Shown here piece by piece: positions 27,453 through 42,134 of a stretch of DNA of 64,000 nucleotides. The first letter of the stretch is position 1, and every line of letters starts with the position of its first letter. The position numbers were made by a program, and so were the translations under genes. The stretch covers positions 29,946,001 through 30,010,000 of the forward strand of contig OX597838.1 of NCBI GenBank assembly GCA_951406725.2, given 5' to 3'. This stretch comes from Octopus vulgaris (taxonomy: Eukaryota). The notes beneath the pieces were generated by a model that was not told the DNA's origin, did not search any database, and saw only the letters and a program-made list of their open reading frames with translations.

Positions 27453-28277
27453 AAAGTATCACAAGTTTAAATTAGGAACTCTAGCGTAAAGGTGCGTGGC
27501 ATATTGGTTAAGATATTCGGGTCATGATCGTTTGGTTATGAATTCAACACCTAGTAGCGCATTGATGCAAAAATGAGTGGTATCTGTAATTAAAAGGACC
27601 GGCCTTGTAACATTTAGCATTTCTCTGAATCTTCCCGAGAACTGCATTAAGGGTACGTGTGTCTGTGAGGTGCTCAGCCACTTGCATTTTAATTTCGCTG
27701 ACAGGCGGTTTTATAGATCGAATCGACTGGAAACCTGATCGTCGCAACCGACGAAGTGCCAGTATCTTATTCCGTATCTTATGAACAAATGGGCAGAATT
27801 CTGCTTTAAGCACCCCATATAACCTCTCCGTGTGGTAAGTAGCTTGCTAATGAACCACATGGTTCCGGGTTCAGTCCCACTGCGTGGCACCTTGGGCAAG
27901 TGTCTTCTACTATAGCCTCGGGCCGACCAAAGCCTTGTGAGTGGATTTGGTAAACAGAAACTGAAAGAAGCCCGTTGTATATATGTATAGGAGTGGCTGT
28001 GTGGTAAGTAGCTTGCTTACCAACCACATGGATCCGGGTTCAGTCCAACTGCGTGGCACCTTGGGCAAGTGTCTTCTACTATAGCCTCGGGCCGACCAAA
28101 GCCTTGTGAGTGGATTTGGTAGACGGAAACTGAAAAAGATGTTTTATAAACTATGCCTTAATATATATTAAATACAAAAACTTAATGAATTAAAAACATA
28201 TTTTCTATTTCATTTCAACAATGTTACTCTTAACATCAAACCCAATTCCCCCTACATTTTTGCTAGATTTATTTAAT

Positions 28278-28359
<82 letters not shown>

Positions 28360-28729
28360 TTCTCATTCCACTTCGGTCTGTACAGTGAAGTCGATGCCTT
28401 TCTGCAACACAAACACCCTCAGACTCAATGGCTTCTCTCGTATGACCACTGAAACGATTCCATGCCAAGATCTATCGGTTCTCGTTCTTGTTACTCATTA
28501 TCTTCATGAGGATGATCTTGGACGAATCCTCGGTATCTTAGCTTGGTCATTAATCCACTTTTACATTCACCCCTCGACAACGCATCGCTCGTTCTTTCAT
28601 AAAATCTAATGCTCTCATATTTACCGACACTTTTCAGGGGAAACAACTCTCTGATTTTATTAAAATCTAAACTGAATTGTCTCCCTTGAAACTTTTTTCG
28701 TCGTCTCGGTAATTAATTTGAGACCAAGC

Positions 28730-29020
28730 TTAAACAACCCCTTTTGAGAAGTGGGCCGCATTAGACCTGGTTTATCACGAGGTGGGCCACACTACTAAAA
28801 GAAATCCAAGGAATGGTTTTGTTGGCCTGTCATACGGTAAGTCTCGCAAGCTGCACTTTGCTTATGACTGCTCTAAAGTGTAGAATCGGGCCGCATTAGA
28901 CCATGTTTATCATCAAACGGGCCGCACTAGTTCTGAGAAAAAAAAATGAAAAAGGGTTGAATGTAATTTTTCGTTGAGCACAACCATGCAGAAAATCTGG
29001 TGGGCTGTAGATTTCCCCCA
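28730..29020. mobile_element. hAT-like MITE relic
   Basis: Repeated subterminal-type gggccgca motifs and an internal duplication of about 45 bp. Confidence 0.4.
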
Positions 29021-29256
29021 ATATTATTTTAGATATTGATTGCTCTTTTTACAAATGAAGAATTATTTGAATTAGTCAAAAATGTCTTGGTTGCTCGCTA
29101 TACTAATGCCGACTTTACTCTTAAATTTTCGAGCAGCAGGTGTCCGTGAGTGCTTTCCACCAGAAACGTTGAGGAGAGGTGGAGTTTTGTATGATCGTGA
29201 TCCTTGTTTGCTAGTCACCACTGGATTATGAAAATTGTGTTAGGTGAAAGCAAAGT

Positions 29257-29328
<72 letters not shown>

Positions 29329-30055
29329 GACCAAAGCCTCCCCACCAGAAATGACCAAAAATATATAATGAAAAGAAATATAACAAGTAACTGCAGAATA
29401 TTTAGAGATGGACAAAAAACACTAAATCATATTATCTCTGGCTTCCCAGTCCTGGCTAAGAAGGAATATATTCACAGACACGACAGAATTGGGACCTACA
29501 TACACTGGAAGCTATGCCAACATTATGGAATAACAACAGAAAAAAGATGGTATAGGCACACACCAGAAAAGGTCACAGAAAACGAGAAAGCAACCATACT
29601 CTGGGGTATGCCAATACACACAGATAGAGAAATTAAGGCCAACAGGCCAGATATAGTTGTCAGAGATAATGAAGAAAAAAATTGCTTTCTAATTGATGTA
29701 TCAATACCAGCAGATGACAACGTGTCTCTAAAAGAAATGGAGAAACTTTCAAAATCAAAAGACCTGGAAATAGAGGTAACTCGAATGTAGAATCTAAAAA
29801 CAGAAACAATTCCTATCATAGTAGGTGCATTAGGCCTGATAAAAAAATATTCAGACAAATACATAGCAAAAACACCAGGACTTACAAACACACATACCAT
29901 ACAGGAAATTGCACTACCAGGCACTGCACACATCCTACGCAAAACACTTTCAATACAGTAGCCATCAGAGCATCACAACAAATCACAGCACATACCTAAG
30001 GCACACACAGCTGCGCTCGGTAGTGAAGTGAAAGCACGCTATAAAAATAAAACTA

Positions 30056-30060
<5 letters not shown>
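29329..30060 (+). mobile_element. R4/Dong-clade non-LTR retrotransposon, 5'-truncated (restriction-like endonuclease), inserted in (TAA)n
   Basis: Decayed CCHC knuckle, RHD, RPDIVV...LIDV...KL.K motifs and a premature stop at 29788; (TAA)n on both sides. Confidence 0.88.
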
Positions 30061-30135
<75 letters not shown>

Positions 30136-30162
30136 TATGATGATGATGATGATGATGATATG

Positions 30163-30211
<49 letters not shown>

Positions 30212-30289
30212 TAATGATGATGATGATGATGATGATGATTCTCATTAATAATAATAATAATAATAATCATCATAATAATAATAATTATT

Positions 30290-31320
30290 GTGATATAGTG
30301 CTCAGGTGCAGTACAACTTATCAGATGGTGCATGTATAGTGCATGATGAATTATGTAATAATAATACCATAAAGGGAACAGTTTATGAGTCATGATAATA
30401 CATGTGTGCATGCGTATGGAGGGGGAAGGGTGTATAGGTGTAGTGTGGGCAATGATATAATGCATTATGAGGAAGCATGGAGATAGCATTTAAAGGATTC
30501 AATGTCTCGGCAACTAACAAATGATGCGGGTAGCTTGTTCTGTGCTTCAGCAAAACTCTGAGTGTGAAAGCATGTTTCTGAAACTCAAGGGAGCTGTGCT
30601 GTTTTTTCTGATTTAGTGGGAATGCCCACATGTGTTAGACACATGGAGCTCAAAAAGGTGCTCAAGGTGGTTATTAGCAACATGGTCAATAATTTTGTGG
30701 GTGTTTATCAAGTCAGTTGCCAGACATCGGAACTTCAGTGTATCTATAACTAGGTAAGCAAGGCGTCCAAAGTATGGTAGATGCCTGTTGGAGGGTATTC
30801 GCTTGGTTGCACGTCTCTAAGCAGTTTCCAGGAGGTCAATATCCTGAGCAAGATTTGCCTCACCAGTTCCAGACTGGTGATGCAAATTCCAAGTGTGGCC
30901 GCGCTATAGCCATATATAGCCTTAAATAGATACCTGGAGAGCAACTGACAAAGGTCTTACTGAGTGATGCCAAGACACCCTCAGCCTTCTTGACCATTTT
31001 AGAGATGTGCTTTGTCCAGTGCAAATTGTTGCTGACAGTAATGCCCAGGTTACGTCCACAAGAAGTTTCCTTGATATTAGTGTTGTGGAGAGAGTGTGTG
31101 GAAGCTGGGATTTTCCTCCCAAAATGTATGGTGGTACACTTGTCCACAGCCAGCTTGAGATGCCAGTCTGTGATCCATTGTTGCATTGTGTCCGGGTCCG
31201 ATTGCAGGAAAGATCTATAGCGTTCAGGATCTGTCCTTTTCATCTCAAGGTTCAGCTTGATGTCATCTGCATATTTCAGCACTGTGGCATTCCTTAAGTT
31301 GGCATCTATGTCATTAATGA
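30290..31320 (-). mobile_element. CR1-like LINE 3' fragment (RT C-terminal half)
   Basis: KYADDIKL...LQSD...W.LKLAVDKC...NLGITV...RPHLEFASPVWN. Confidence 0.88.
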
Positions 31321-31643
31321 CTGTTTTTCCTTCTTTCCGGTTCTCAGTACGCGGTTTCGTCTCAGTGTCCAGCTCTCCGATGAAGATTCTGGCATCGACT
31401 GGTAAGCAGTGACGGTAAGATGATAAGAATTGGGTGGGTTAAAATTAATTTCTGAAGGATCCTGACCTAATGTTTGGATACTCAAAGCGTGGGAGGCAAC
31501 ACGAAAATACTAAATTTGAAAGTTGTGTTCCCCTACAATAAGTACCTTTAATACTAAGCAATCTCGGAGAGAAAGAGAGAAGAGAGAGAAGGAAGAGAGA
31601 GAGAGAGAGAGAAAGGGAAGAGAGAGAGAAGGAGGGAGAGACT

Positions 31644-31696
<53 letters not shown>

Positions 31697-32024
31697 GCAG
31701 AGAGACTTAGAGTGAGAGCGATCAAACTATAAATCGATCCTAGTTCGTGATTAGCAATTTATTTATCGTTTGCAGCGCGGAAGACACAAGTGAGCCATTC
31801 AGAGACACAAAAAGACTGCCAACTTCACTTAAACATTTTCATGGACGCAGGCGTGGGTGTGTGTGTGGTAAGAAGTTTTGCCTCCCAAACACATGGTTCC
31901 GGGTTCAGTCCCACTGCGTGGCACCTACAGCAAGTGTCTCTTGCCATAGCTTCGGACTGACAAAAACCTTCTGAGTGGATTTGATAGACGAAAACTGAAA
32001 GAAGCCCGCCGTAGACACACACAC

Positions 32025-32071
<47 letters not shown>

Positions 32072-32479
32072 CACACACGCACATGCGCACACACACATGT
32101 ATGTATATATATTTATGTGTGCGTGTCTTTGTGTCAATTACATCGACACCCAGTGTTCAACTGGTGCTTAATTTATCGACCCCGAAAGGATGAAAGGCAA
32201 AGTCGACCTCGGCGGAATTTGAACTCATAATGTAGTGGCAGACAATATGCCGCTAAGCATTTTGCCCTGCGTGCTAACGATTCTGCCAGCTTGCCTACTT
32301 AGTGAATATAATAATGATATATAAAACATTTTCATATCAAGTTTTGGCTTAGAGAAGAACGATTCAGAATGAAGGCGAGGAATGTCCACGTCGGGTAAAG
32401 GCCCCCCCTTTTTTTTTTTACCTGATAAGGGACAAGCAGCCTTGGGTATTTGGTCGCAGGAAAAAAATTCAATTCTGTG

Positions 32480-32790
32480 TTTGGCGCTGTCCGATCATGC
32501 CTCATCTGTCATCTTTTTTTCGCCTCAAGATCAGTCTTGAGTGCTTTCTAGAAGGAAAAAGGCAGCGTGGCGAATGATGCGTCTCCAGACTTTGTGACAG
32601 GAGGCTATAGTTGACCACAAGCGAAGGTCAGTGTGACAGGCATCAGTGTAATTCTTCAAGAAGTTCTTCTGCCGTTTCTTTGCTATTCCTCTGTCACTGT
32701 AGCCAGTGGATGGTAGATACTTCGTCAAACCTAGCTGTCATAATAGACAGGCCACCATCCTTTGTCTTAGAAATGTTCCCTGCTCAACCC
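32480..32790 (-). mobile_element. Decayed RTE LINE 3' fragment
   Basis: STGYSDRG..KKR.K..LK...ACH.D...WRR resembles the RTE C-terminus. Confidence 0.6.
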
Positions 32791-33077
32791 AGACGTAATT
32801 TTATCAATATTACTCAACATCAATACTGCTAACACCATCCTGTTTGGAGGATTTCAATGTTACTAGCAAAGTTATTCCGGTGAAGGTCTAGGATGGATGG
32901 ACAGGGCTGAGTGCAGCACAAATAGACGCGCTCAATGAACCGTCGTAGGGGTGACAGTAGGTAAACCACGACTGAAAAACCATTTAGGGGAATGGAAAGT
33001 ACAACGGATCTGCGTACGTTGGTCTTTGTTATTTCTTTAGATATTAGTTATTCCGGACACTTTCGTAGAGTCAATAT

Positions 33078-33530
33078 ATTATCACCCAAGGCGAGCTAAC
33101 AGACTTGTTCGCTCGCCGGACAAAATGCTTACCAGGATTTCGTCCGTCTTTACGTTTTGAGTTAAAATTCCCCTGAAGTCGACTTTGTCTTTTATCCTTT
33201 CGGGGTCGATAAATTAAGTACCAGTTGCGTCCTGGGGTCGATATAATCGACTGGACCTCTACCCCCCAAAATTTCGGGCCTTGTGCCTAGAGTAGAAAAG
33301 AATATTTCATCATCCAAGGCGATCTAACAGACTTGTTCACACGCCGGACAAAATGCTTACCGGCATTTCGTCCGTCTTTACGTTCTGAGTTAAAATTCCG
33401 CTGAGGTCGTCTTTACCTTTCATCCTTTCAGGGTCGATAAAATAAAGTATCAGTTGAGAACTGGGGGGAAATGAAATCGACTTTGCCCCCTCTTCCGAAC
33501 TTACTGGCCATGTGCTAAAATTTGAAACCG
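33078..33530 (+). mobile_element. Tandem dimer of family-A SINE
   Basis: Both units share a private head variant (ccaaggcga.ctaacagacttgttc). Confidence 0.8.
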
Positions 33531-33544
33531 ATATTTCAGTCTCC

Positions 33545-33700
33545 AATAGCTGTTGACGCTCTACAAAGCAGAAATGAAATCCGCATGGGGTACTGTTTCC
33601 ATATTTGGGACACTGAAATCGAGGATAGCATCCAAAGAAGGGCCAGTCCACTGATTGGCATTCGACCACAAAGGGACACACTCCAACCTCTGGTTTATTG
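33545..33700 (+). mobile_element. Decayed LINE RT C-terminal fragment
   Basis: LLTLYKA...YCFHIWD...DSIQRRA..LIG across a frameshift. Confidence 0.55.
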
Positions 33701-34469
33701 CCCTAACGTCTTCCCTTTCTGTTTTTTTTTTTGTTTGCTATTATAATGGCCTGCGTTCTTTAGAACTGGCTGGACTCATCCCTCCACTCCTCGGGTACCC
33801 ACTTATATCTCCACATTTCTTCACCCTTTTTGCGCCAAACCCTCTCCGGCCCCATATTCGTCAGTAACCCAGTCCTTTTTCCCCAGACCAATCACCCCTC
33901 TGGAGTCCTCACACACCTCGTCATATCTTCTTTGCAGTTATTGACCCCCAACATTTTAAACAGCAACAAACTCAACGATCTCAGGGACCCTACAAAGGCT
34001 ATGGGCTCTACCCCATCATCTAGACACAACTAATAAAAATATGTGGCTGTGTGGTAAGTAGCTTGCTAACCAACCACATGGTTCCGGGTTCAGTCCCACT
34101 GCGTGGCATCTTGGGCAAGTCTCTTCTGCTATAGCCCCGGCCCGACCAATGCCTTGTGAGTGGATTTGGTAGACGGAAACTGAAAGAAGCCTGTCGTATA
34201 TATGTGTATATATATATATGTATGTGTATGTGTGTCTGTGTCTGTCTCCCTAGCATTGCTTGACAACCGATGCTGGTGTGTTTGCGTCCCCGTCACTTAG
34301 CGGTTCGGCAAAAAGTGACCGATAGAATAAGTACTGGGCTTACAAAAGAATAAGTCCCGGGGTCGATTTGCTCGACTGAAGGCGGTGCTCCAGCATGGCC
34401 GCAGTCAAATGACTGAAACAAGTAAAAGAGAGTAAAGATAAATAAGAAATTTCTATAAAACAAAATCCT

Positions 34470-35100
<631 letters not shown>

Positions 35101-35440
35101 CGTAAATGGTGAGCGGATCCCGGTAGTTATACACACATACATACACACATACACACACATACGTACATACATACATACATACATACATACACACATACAC
35201 ATACACACACATACGTACATACATACATACATACATACATACATACATACACATACATACATACATACACACATACATACATACATACATACATACATAC
35301 ATACATACACACATACATACATACATACATACATACATACATACACACACACATACGTACATACATACATACATACACACACACACACCTACATACATAC
35401 ATACACACGCACATACATACACACACATACATATACACAA

Positions 35441-35476
<36 letters not shown>

Positions 35477-35757
35477 TTAAATGTATATATGTATATGCAT
35501 ATATTATATAGCTGTGTGTGTGGGCGTGTGTTTGTGTGTGTGTGTAATCAATAAGTTGATAATGCGGTATGTACAAAGGAAAAATAATTTAAGAAGCCAA
35601 TCAACTGTCGTTCAATTATGCATAACTATTGAAATATTCAATAACAGAATGTTCACACACACACACACACAGATACAGACACACGGACACACATACATAA
35701 TATATATATATATATATATATGTATATGTGGATACATACATACATACATACATACAT

Positions 35758-35842
<85 letters not shown>

Positions 35843-35845
35843 CAT

Positions 35846-35889
<44 letters not shown>

Positions 35890-36041
35890 GCATACGTCGT
35901 TTATACGCCTGTCTTTGTCTTTTGTTTATGTCTAAATTTCAACTATATATATATATATGTGTGTGTATATATGTATATATATATGTGCATATATATATAT
36001 GCACACACACACACACACACACATATGTATCATATATATCG

Positions 36042-36417
36042 TATAACCCCTAACATTTGGCCTCCTAATTCCCCAGATCTCAATTCATTAGACTATTACA
36101 TGTGGAGCGTTGTTGAGAGAGAGATCAATGAATATGCCCATAACACCAAAGATCCTTTAAAAGCTGCCATAATCAGAGTAATGTCCAATATGAACCAGGA
36201 CCACTTGATTCGAGCATGTACACGATTTAGATCTCACATAGAAGCAGTTGTTGAAGCTGAAGGTTGCTTTATTGAATAACATTATAGAAAAGAAGGTTTA
36301 TTTCTATCCTCAGAGCATTTTTTTGATAAATAAATTTATTATCTGTTATCATAAATCTGTTGTTTTTTTAAAGATACAAACATAAATCTGTCCTCAAATA
36401 TATTACGTACTCTGTAT
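36042..36417 (+). mobile_element. Tc1/mariner-superfamily (DDxD type) transposase C-terminal relic with 3' end
   Basis: WPPNSPDLNSLDYYMW...RACTRFRSHIEAVVEAEG; ends ctg|ta. Confidence 0.85.
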
Positions 36418-37019
36418 ATGTTTGTGATTCTTATCTGGAATAGATGAGCTTGAATCGCTGCATGGAATAACATATTGAACTCGTATCATACAAATTATGA
36501 CTGTGTATTCCACGAAACGTAATTACAGCGTTTATACGCGCTATTATTATCAGCATATAGACTTGTGTCTGGTTTAACCAGAATCCTGTGTCTTATCCAT
36601 CCATCCGGAGTTCAGTGATTTGATCTAATGTATTTGAGTGGATGTGTCATTACAATGTTCATAGATGGGAGAATTTACACGAGTGAAAAATTCTTTTATT
36701 CTTTTATTCTTTTACTTGTTTCAGTCATTTGACTGCGACCATGCTGGAGCACCGCCTCTGGTCGAAGAAATCGACCCCAGGACTTCTTTGCAAGCCTAGT
36801 ACTTATTCTATCGGTGTTTTTTTGCCGAACCAACCGCTAAGTGACGGGGACGTAAACACACCAGCATCGGTTGTCAAGCGATGGTGGGGGGACAACCATA
36901 GACACAGAAACATATATATATATAGGGCGGCTTTTAAGCTAGCCCTTGTGGAGGGCTCTTCATTGGGCCTCGGGCCCAACAATGACACTTCATGCATTGA
37001 GTACATATTACATTTTATT

Positions 37020-37352
37020 AAACTTGACCAACATTTTTCAAGCGATGAGAAATTTTCATCAAAACAATGATTTAGAAGCAGAAAAACCTCCTTGCACCCA
37101 TTTTCAACCTCGTCCACATTGTTGAACCTCTGTCTATGCAGGAAATGAACCTTGGCTTTTGAAAGGTGGTTATCTGGTGGTGCAAGGTCTGGACTGTAGG
37201 CAGGGTGAGGCAGCACTTTCAACCCCCACAAGTTCCTTAAGTTTGCGCTTGATCACATTGGCAGGGTGTACTGGGGCATTATCATGCTGTAGGAGTGCGT
37301 GTCTTCGATCGACCAATGCCGGGTAGCAGTCTTTGAAAGCATCATATAAGCA
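37020..37352 (-). mobile_element. mariner (DD34D-like) transposase relic, C-terminal part
   Basis: LLQHDNAPVH and LPHPAYSPDLAPPD motifs. Confidence 0.85.
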
Positions 37353-37468
37353 TTATATGTACATCCCGCATTATCAACTTATTGATTACACACACACAAC
37401 CACAAACACACGCCCACACACACAGCTATATAATATATGCATATACATATATACATTTAAATATATAT

Positions 37469-38333
37469 GACAGAAATATTTAAGACAGAAACAAAATGCA
37501 ACTGAATGAGGGAAAATTTGAGCTGATGCATTTTGGAAGAAATTCCTCACTAAAACAACCATACTCTCTTCCTTCAGGGGAACCGCTCACAGCCTCTAAC
37601 AATATCAGAGACCTGGGTGTAATTGTTGATGACGATCTCAGTTGGAGTGCACACATCAACAAGAAGGTCGATATAGCTCGTAGGATGAGTTCCTGGATCT
37701 TAAGAACTTTCCGGTCCAGAGAACAAGGTGTCATCATACCACTTTTTTCCTCCTTTGTACGGCCACACCTTGAATACTGCTGCCCACTGTGGTCTCCTCA
37801 CACAAGACAAAACATCTCCAGAATTGAGTCACCCCAGAGGGCTCTCACTAAACAAATTGAAGGCATGGCTGCTCTCGATTATTGGGATCGCCTTAAAGCC
37901 TTGAAACTTTACTCCCTCCAGCGTCGCCGTGAGCGGTACATCATTTGTACGATGTGGAAAATATACCGCCAACTTTGCCCAAACGACCTAAACATTAGCT
38001 TCAAGGTTCATCCAAGACTTGGGCCACGGGCTATACGTCCCCTGCCAAATTCAAGATCACAACATACATGTACACTGCAACATAATTTCTTTTCCTCAAC
38101 AGGCCCTGCCTTATTTAACATTGTCCCGAGGAGATCAAAGTCTGGATAGATTCCTTCAAAGAATACCAGATAAGCCACCTATAATTGGATACAACTCACC
38201 CAACAAGAACTCACTACTTGAACAAAACTTGACTTAAACAGGATTCGAATAATCCTATCAGGTGGTGCTATTAAGTTAGACATGGCCTGGACCAATCTCT
38301 GGTCGAAACATATCTAAGTTTTATCTAAGTTTT
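37469..38333 (+). mobile_element. CR1-like LINE, 5'-truncated, with (tatctaagttt)2 tail
   Basis: MQLNEGKFELMHFG...RDLGVIVD...RPHLEYCCPLWSP...LYSLQRRRER; 3' stem-loop followed by a tandem tail. Confidence 0.9.
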
Positions 38334-38704
38334 ATGTGTGTGTGTATTTATATATACATAAATATGTATATATATATGTGTGTGTTTGTGTGTTTGTGTA
38401 TATGTATGTGTGTGTATGTATGTATGTATGTATGTATGTATGTATGTATGTATGTATGTATGTATGCATGTGTGTGTGTATGTATGTATGTGTGTATGTA
38501 TGTATGTATGTACGTATGTATGTATGTGTGTGTATGTATGTATGTATGTATGTATGTATGTATGTATGTATGTATGTATGTATGTATGTATGTATTTATG
38601 TATGTATGTATGTATGTATGTATGTATGTGTGTGTGTGTGTATGTATGTACGTTTGTATGTATGTATGTATGTATGTATGTATGTATGTGTGTATGTATG
38701 TATG

Positions 38705-39030
38705 CATAAAAGTTAGTGTTTACAGCACGACTATCTGGGACAAGCTCAAAATGCAAAACATGTTCTTCTGTTCAAATCACCATTGTTTGGCAACAGATTC
38801 TGAATCTGGCTGGAACGAAGACAGTGATTTGTCTTTTAGGATTACGAAAATAGATCCATTTTTTTACTTCTAGTTTACAGTTCGATGCTAAAAGAAGGGA
38901 AGTTTTTTTTTTTTTTTTTACAAATGTTCAGACGCCGTTGAGCCTGGGCTTTCATGAGGATCTTCTTAACAGCATTTCTTCACAGCATCGAACTTATGGA
39001 GGTGTCGATTTCTGATGCTTTGAGAAGGAC
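38705..39030 (-). mobile_element. mariner relic, upstream part of the same element as 37020-37352
   Basis: KKWIYFRNPKRQ (decayed GDEKW region) and HFELVPDSRAVNTNFY on the minus strand. Confidence 0.65.
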
Positions 39031-39052
39031 CAAGTACAATATATATATATAT

Positions 39053-39094
<42 letters not shown>

Positions 39095-39098
<4 letters not shown>

Positions 39099-39356
39099 TA
39101 ATAAATAAAATATATGCATACATACAAACATATATGTACGTACCTACATCTACATGTATATATACATGCATATATAAATATATATACGTGAGTACAGGAC
39201 ACCACAACTAGACGTAGAACTCAACGAAAACGGAAAAACAAGCATGGAACAAACCATTTTTTTACAACAGAAAAACAGAGTACAAGACAAACTACACAAG
39301 GAAAAATCCCCTTCATCAGCTGTCTCTAGTTCAACTCTAGCGTGTTTCGAAGGTAA
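39095..39356 (-). mobile_element. Penelope-like terminal repeat fragment in (TA)n
   Basis: Homologous to the arms of 44104-44556; the minus strand has CGAAAC...CTGATGA half-motifs. Confidence 0.5.
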
Positions 39357-39590
39357 ATATATATATATATATATACAGATACGGCCTGCTCGCTTAGCCT
39401 GCGGGGTGGCGTCATTTGAAGGCTAAAACAATGCGAAGCGCATTGTGACCAGCGATATGTAGCAACATCTGATAGCCTGGTCGGTCACGGTGATCACGGT
39501 GATATACAGATACACACACAAACACACAGACATACACACAGACATACACACAGACATACACACACACATATATATGTATGTATATATGTA

Positions 39591-39672
<82 letters not shown>

Positions 39673-40465
39673 GGCATACATACATAAAACACTTTTGCAT
39701 TCAAGATTTCCTTCGATCACAAAACAATTTGTCTTCGAGAAGTTTTGATTCTAACCGATACACGGATGGTTCCTACGCATATCTAATTCTATCGTCATTT
39801 TAAGTGGGATCTACAGCTGGAGAACCTTCCTCAGATTTTAGCGCTCACAACCTGGTTTTCACGTGATGGCAATGCACTTGAAAACAAAGTGGTTTGTTTT
39901 GATCTAAAATGAATCGCACTCTGTTCCTTATTTGGTAAATAGGAACTAGGATGAGATGAAAGCAATGCCACCTGTCTATAGAGGAAAGGATTGACTATTG
40001 AAGAGTTTTCCCTTCAGTTGTAGATCTTAGTACTCTGAAGGAAACAGAGATCCCGAGAACAATATGTCATATCTAGGGACTAAAGAATTCGCTGTTATAA
40101 ATAAGAAAAATAAATGTGATTATATTTGTTGGTATGTACAAATTTCCGACTGTATTTTCATTGAGATGTATTTTCCGAGATGGGTAGCTAACCACCATTA
40201 AAACAACGATAATATAAAGGAATGTTTTTTTAATCGATTTTTCAAGGTAAAGCGTTCTTGTATGCATTCTAGAGAAAGGGTTCTATTTATGGATGGGTGG
40301 GGTCACATGAAAGAAATGCTACGAGTAATGTTGAGCCGCTTCTTCCCTTGACCCTTCATGCTGAATGCACCCTTTGCAAAATCTATCTCAGAGACTTTCA
40401 AATCGCTATTAATTTATAATTCTCCCTTTTGAAATCATATCATACACTGGTATTAAGGGTTTATT

Positions 40466-40698
40466 AAGGCGGCGAGCTGGCAGAAACGTTAGCGCGCCAG
40501 GCGAAATGCGTAGCGGTATTTCGTCTGCCGTTACGTTGTGAGTTCAAATTCCGCCGAGGTCGACTTTACCTTTCATCCTTTCGGGGTCGATAAATTAAGT
40601 ACCAGTTACGCACTGGGGTCGATGTAATCGACTTAATACCTATGTCTGTCTTTGTTTGTCCCCTCTATGTTTAGCCCCTTGTGGGTAATAAAGAAATA
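40466..40698 (+). mobile_element. Young family-A SINE with 17-bp TSD
   Basis: TSD ggtatta(a/g)gggtttatt at 40449-40465 and 40699-40715. Confidence 0.9.
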
Positions 40699-42134
40699 GG
40701 TATTAGGGGTTTATTTCGCCTATTTTTCGGAGGTAGGGTCAAATTTGCTTCCTTACGATATAGTATTTTACCTGTGGTAGTATTCGGGATAGTTCTGATG
40801 TTGGTACAACCGTTACTTAAACGTTTTTCTAGTAAGTCTCAGAAATGCTGTAATTTTAATGAATTATTTTATGCAGTTGTTGTCGCCTGTTAAACTCTGC
40901 AATTGCTCATGCGTTGATTCGCCCAAAATATTGATTCAGTCATTTGACAATTGCGGTTATTTTCTCTTCTTTAGCTTCTATTGTTATGAAGGATTCATCG
41001 GTTATGCAACATAATTATTTTGTCAGTTACGACGAAGTGTTGTTCCAGCTGATCCGATCAGCGGATCAGCCTGCCATTTAGAAAGTAACGTGCAAGTGGC
41101 TGAGCACTCCACAGACACAGGTAGCCTTAACGTAGTTCTCAGTGAGATTCAGCGTGACAAGGCTGGCCTCCTTTGGAATTACAGGTACAAATCATTTTTA
41201 CAAGCCGAATGGACCGGAGCAACGTGAAATAAAGTGTTTTCCTGAAAGGCACAATGCGCTGCCAAGAATCGAACCCACGCTTTTATGATTGTGAGCCAAA
41301 TATCCTAACCGCTAAGCCAGGCACCTTCACTTACTTAAGGGGTTATTCTTTTACTGCTTTCAGTCATTTGACTGCGGCCATGCAGGAGCACCACCTTTAG
41401 TTGAACAAATCGACTTATTCTTTGTAAGCCTAGTACTTATTCTATCGGGTTCTTTTTTCCGAACCGCTAAGTTACAAGGACGTAAACACACTAACATCGG
41501 ATGCTAAATGATGATGGTGGTGGTGGTGGGGTGTGTGACAAACACAGACACACAAAGATATACATATATATACATATATACGACGGGATTCTTTCAGTTT
41601 CCGCCTACCAAATCCACACACAAGGTTTTGGTTGGCCCGAGGCTATAGTAGAAGACACTTTCCCAAGGAGCCACGCTGTGGGACTGAACCTGGAACAGTG
41701 CGGTTGATAAGCAAGCTTCTTCCCACACATCCACGCCTGTTGTAGAATATCTAATATTTATATTGCACTTATCCATATATGCAGTCTGTCGTCTTCGTCG
41801 AGGGTGATAGTGCATAGCTTAGTTGTTAGGGCATCGGGATCACAATCATGAGGCTGTGAGTTCGATTCCCGCGCCGGGCTGTGCGTCGTATTCTTGAGCA
41901 AGACACTTTATTTTATGTTGTTCTATTTCACTCAGCTGTAGAAATGAGTTGTGACGTCACTAGTGCCGAGCTGTATCGGCCCCTTTGCATTTTCCTTGGA
42001 TAACATCAGTGGCATGGAAAGGGGACACTGGTATGCATGGGTGACTGCTGGTCTTTCATAAACAATCTTGCCCGGACTTGTGCTGTGCCTCGTGGGGTGG
42101 GGGAACTTTCTAGGTGCACTCCCATGCTGATTCA

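Noticed and set aside
38280-38310. gacca...tggtc-GAAAC as a ribozyme
   Set aside because: No CUGANGA box; better explained as the LINE 3' recognition stem-loop.
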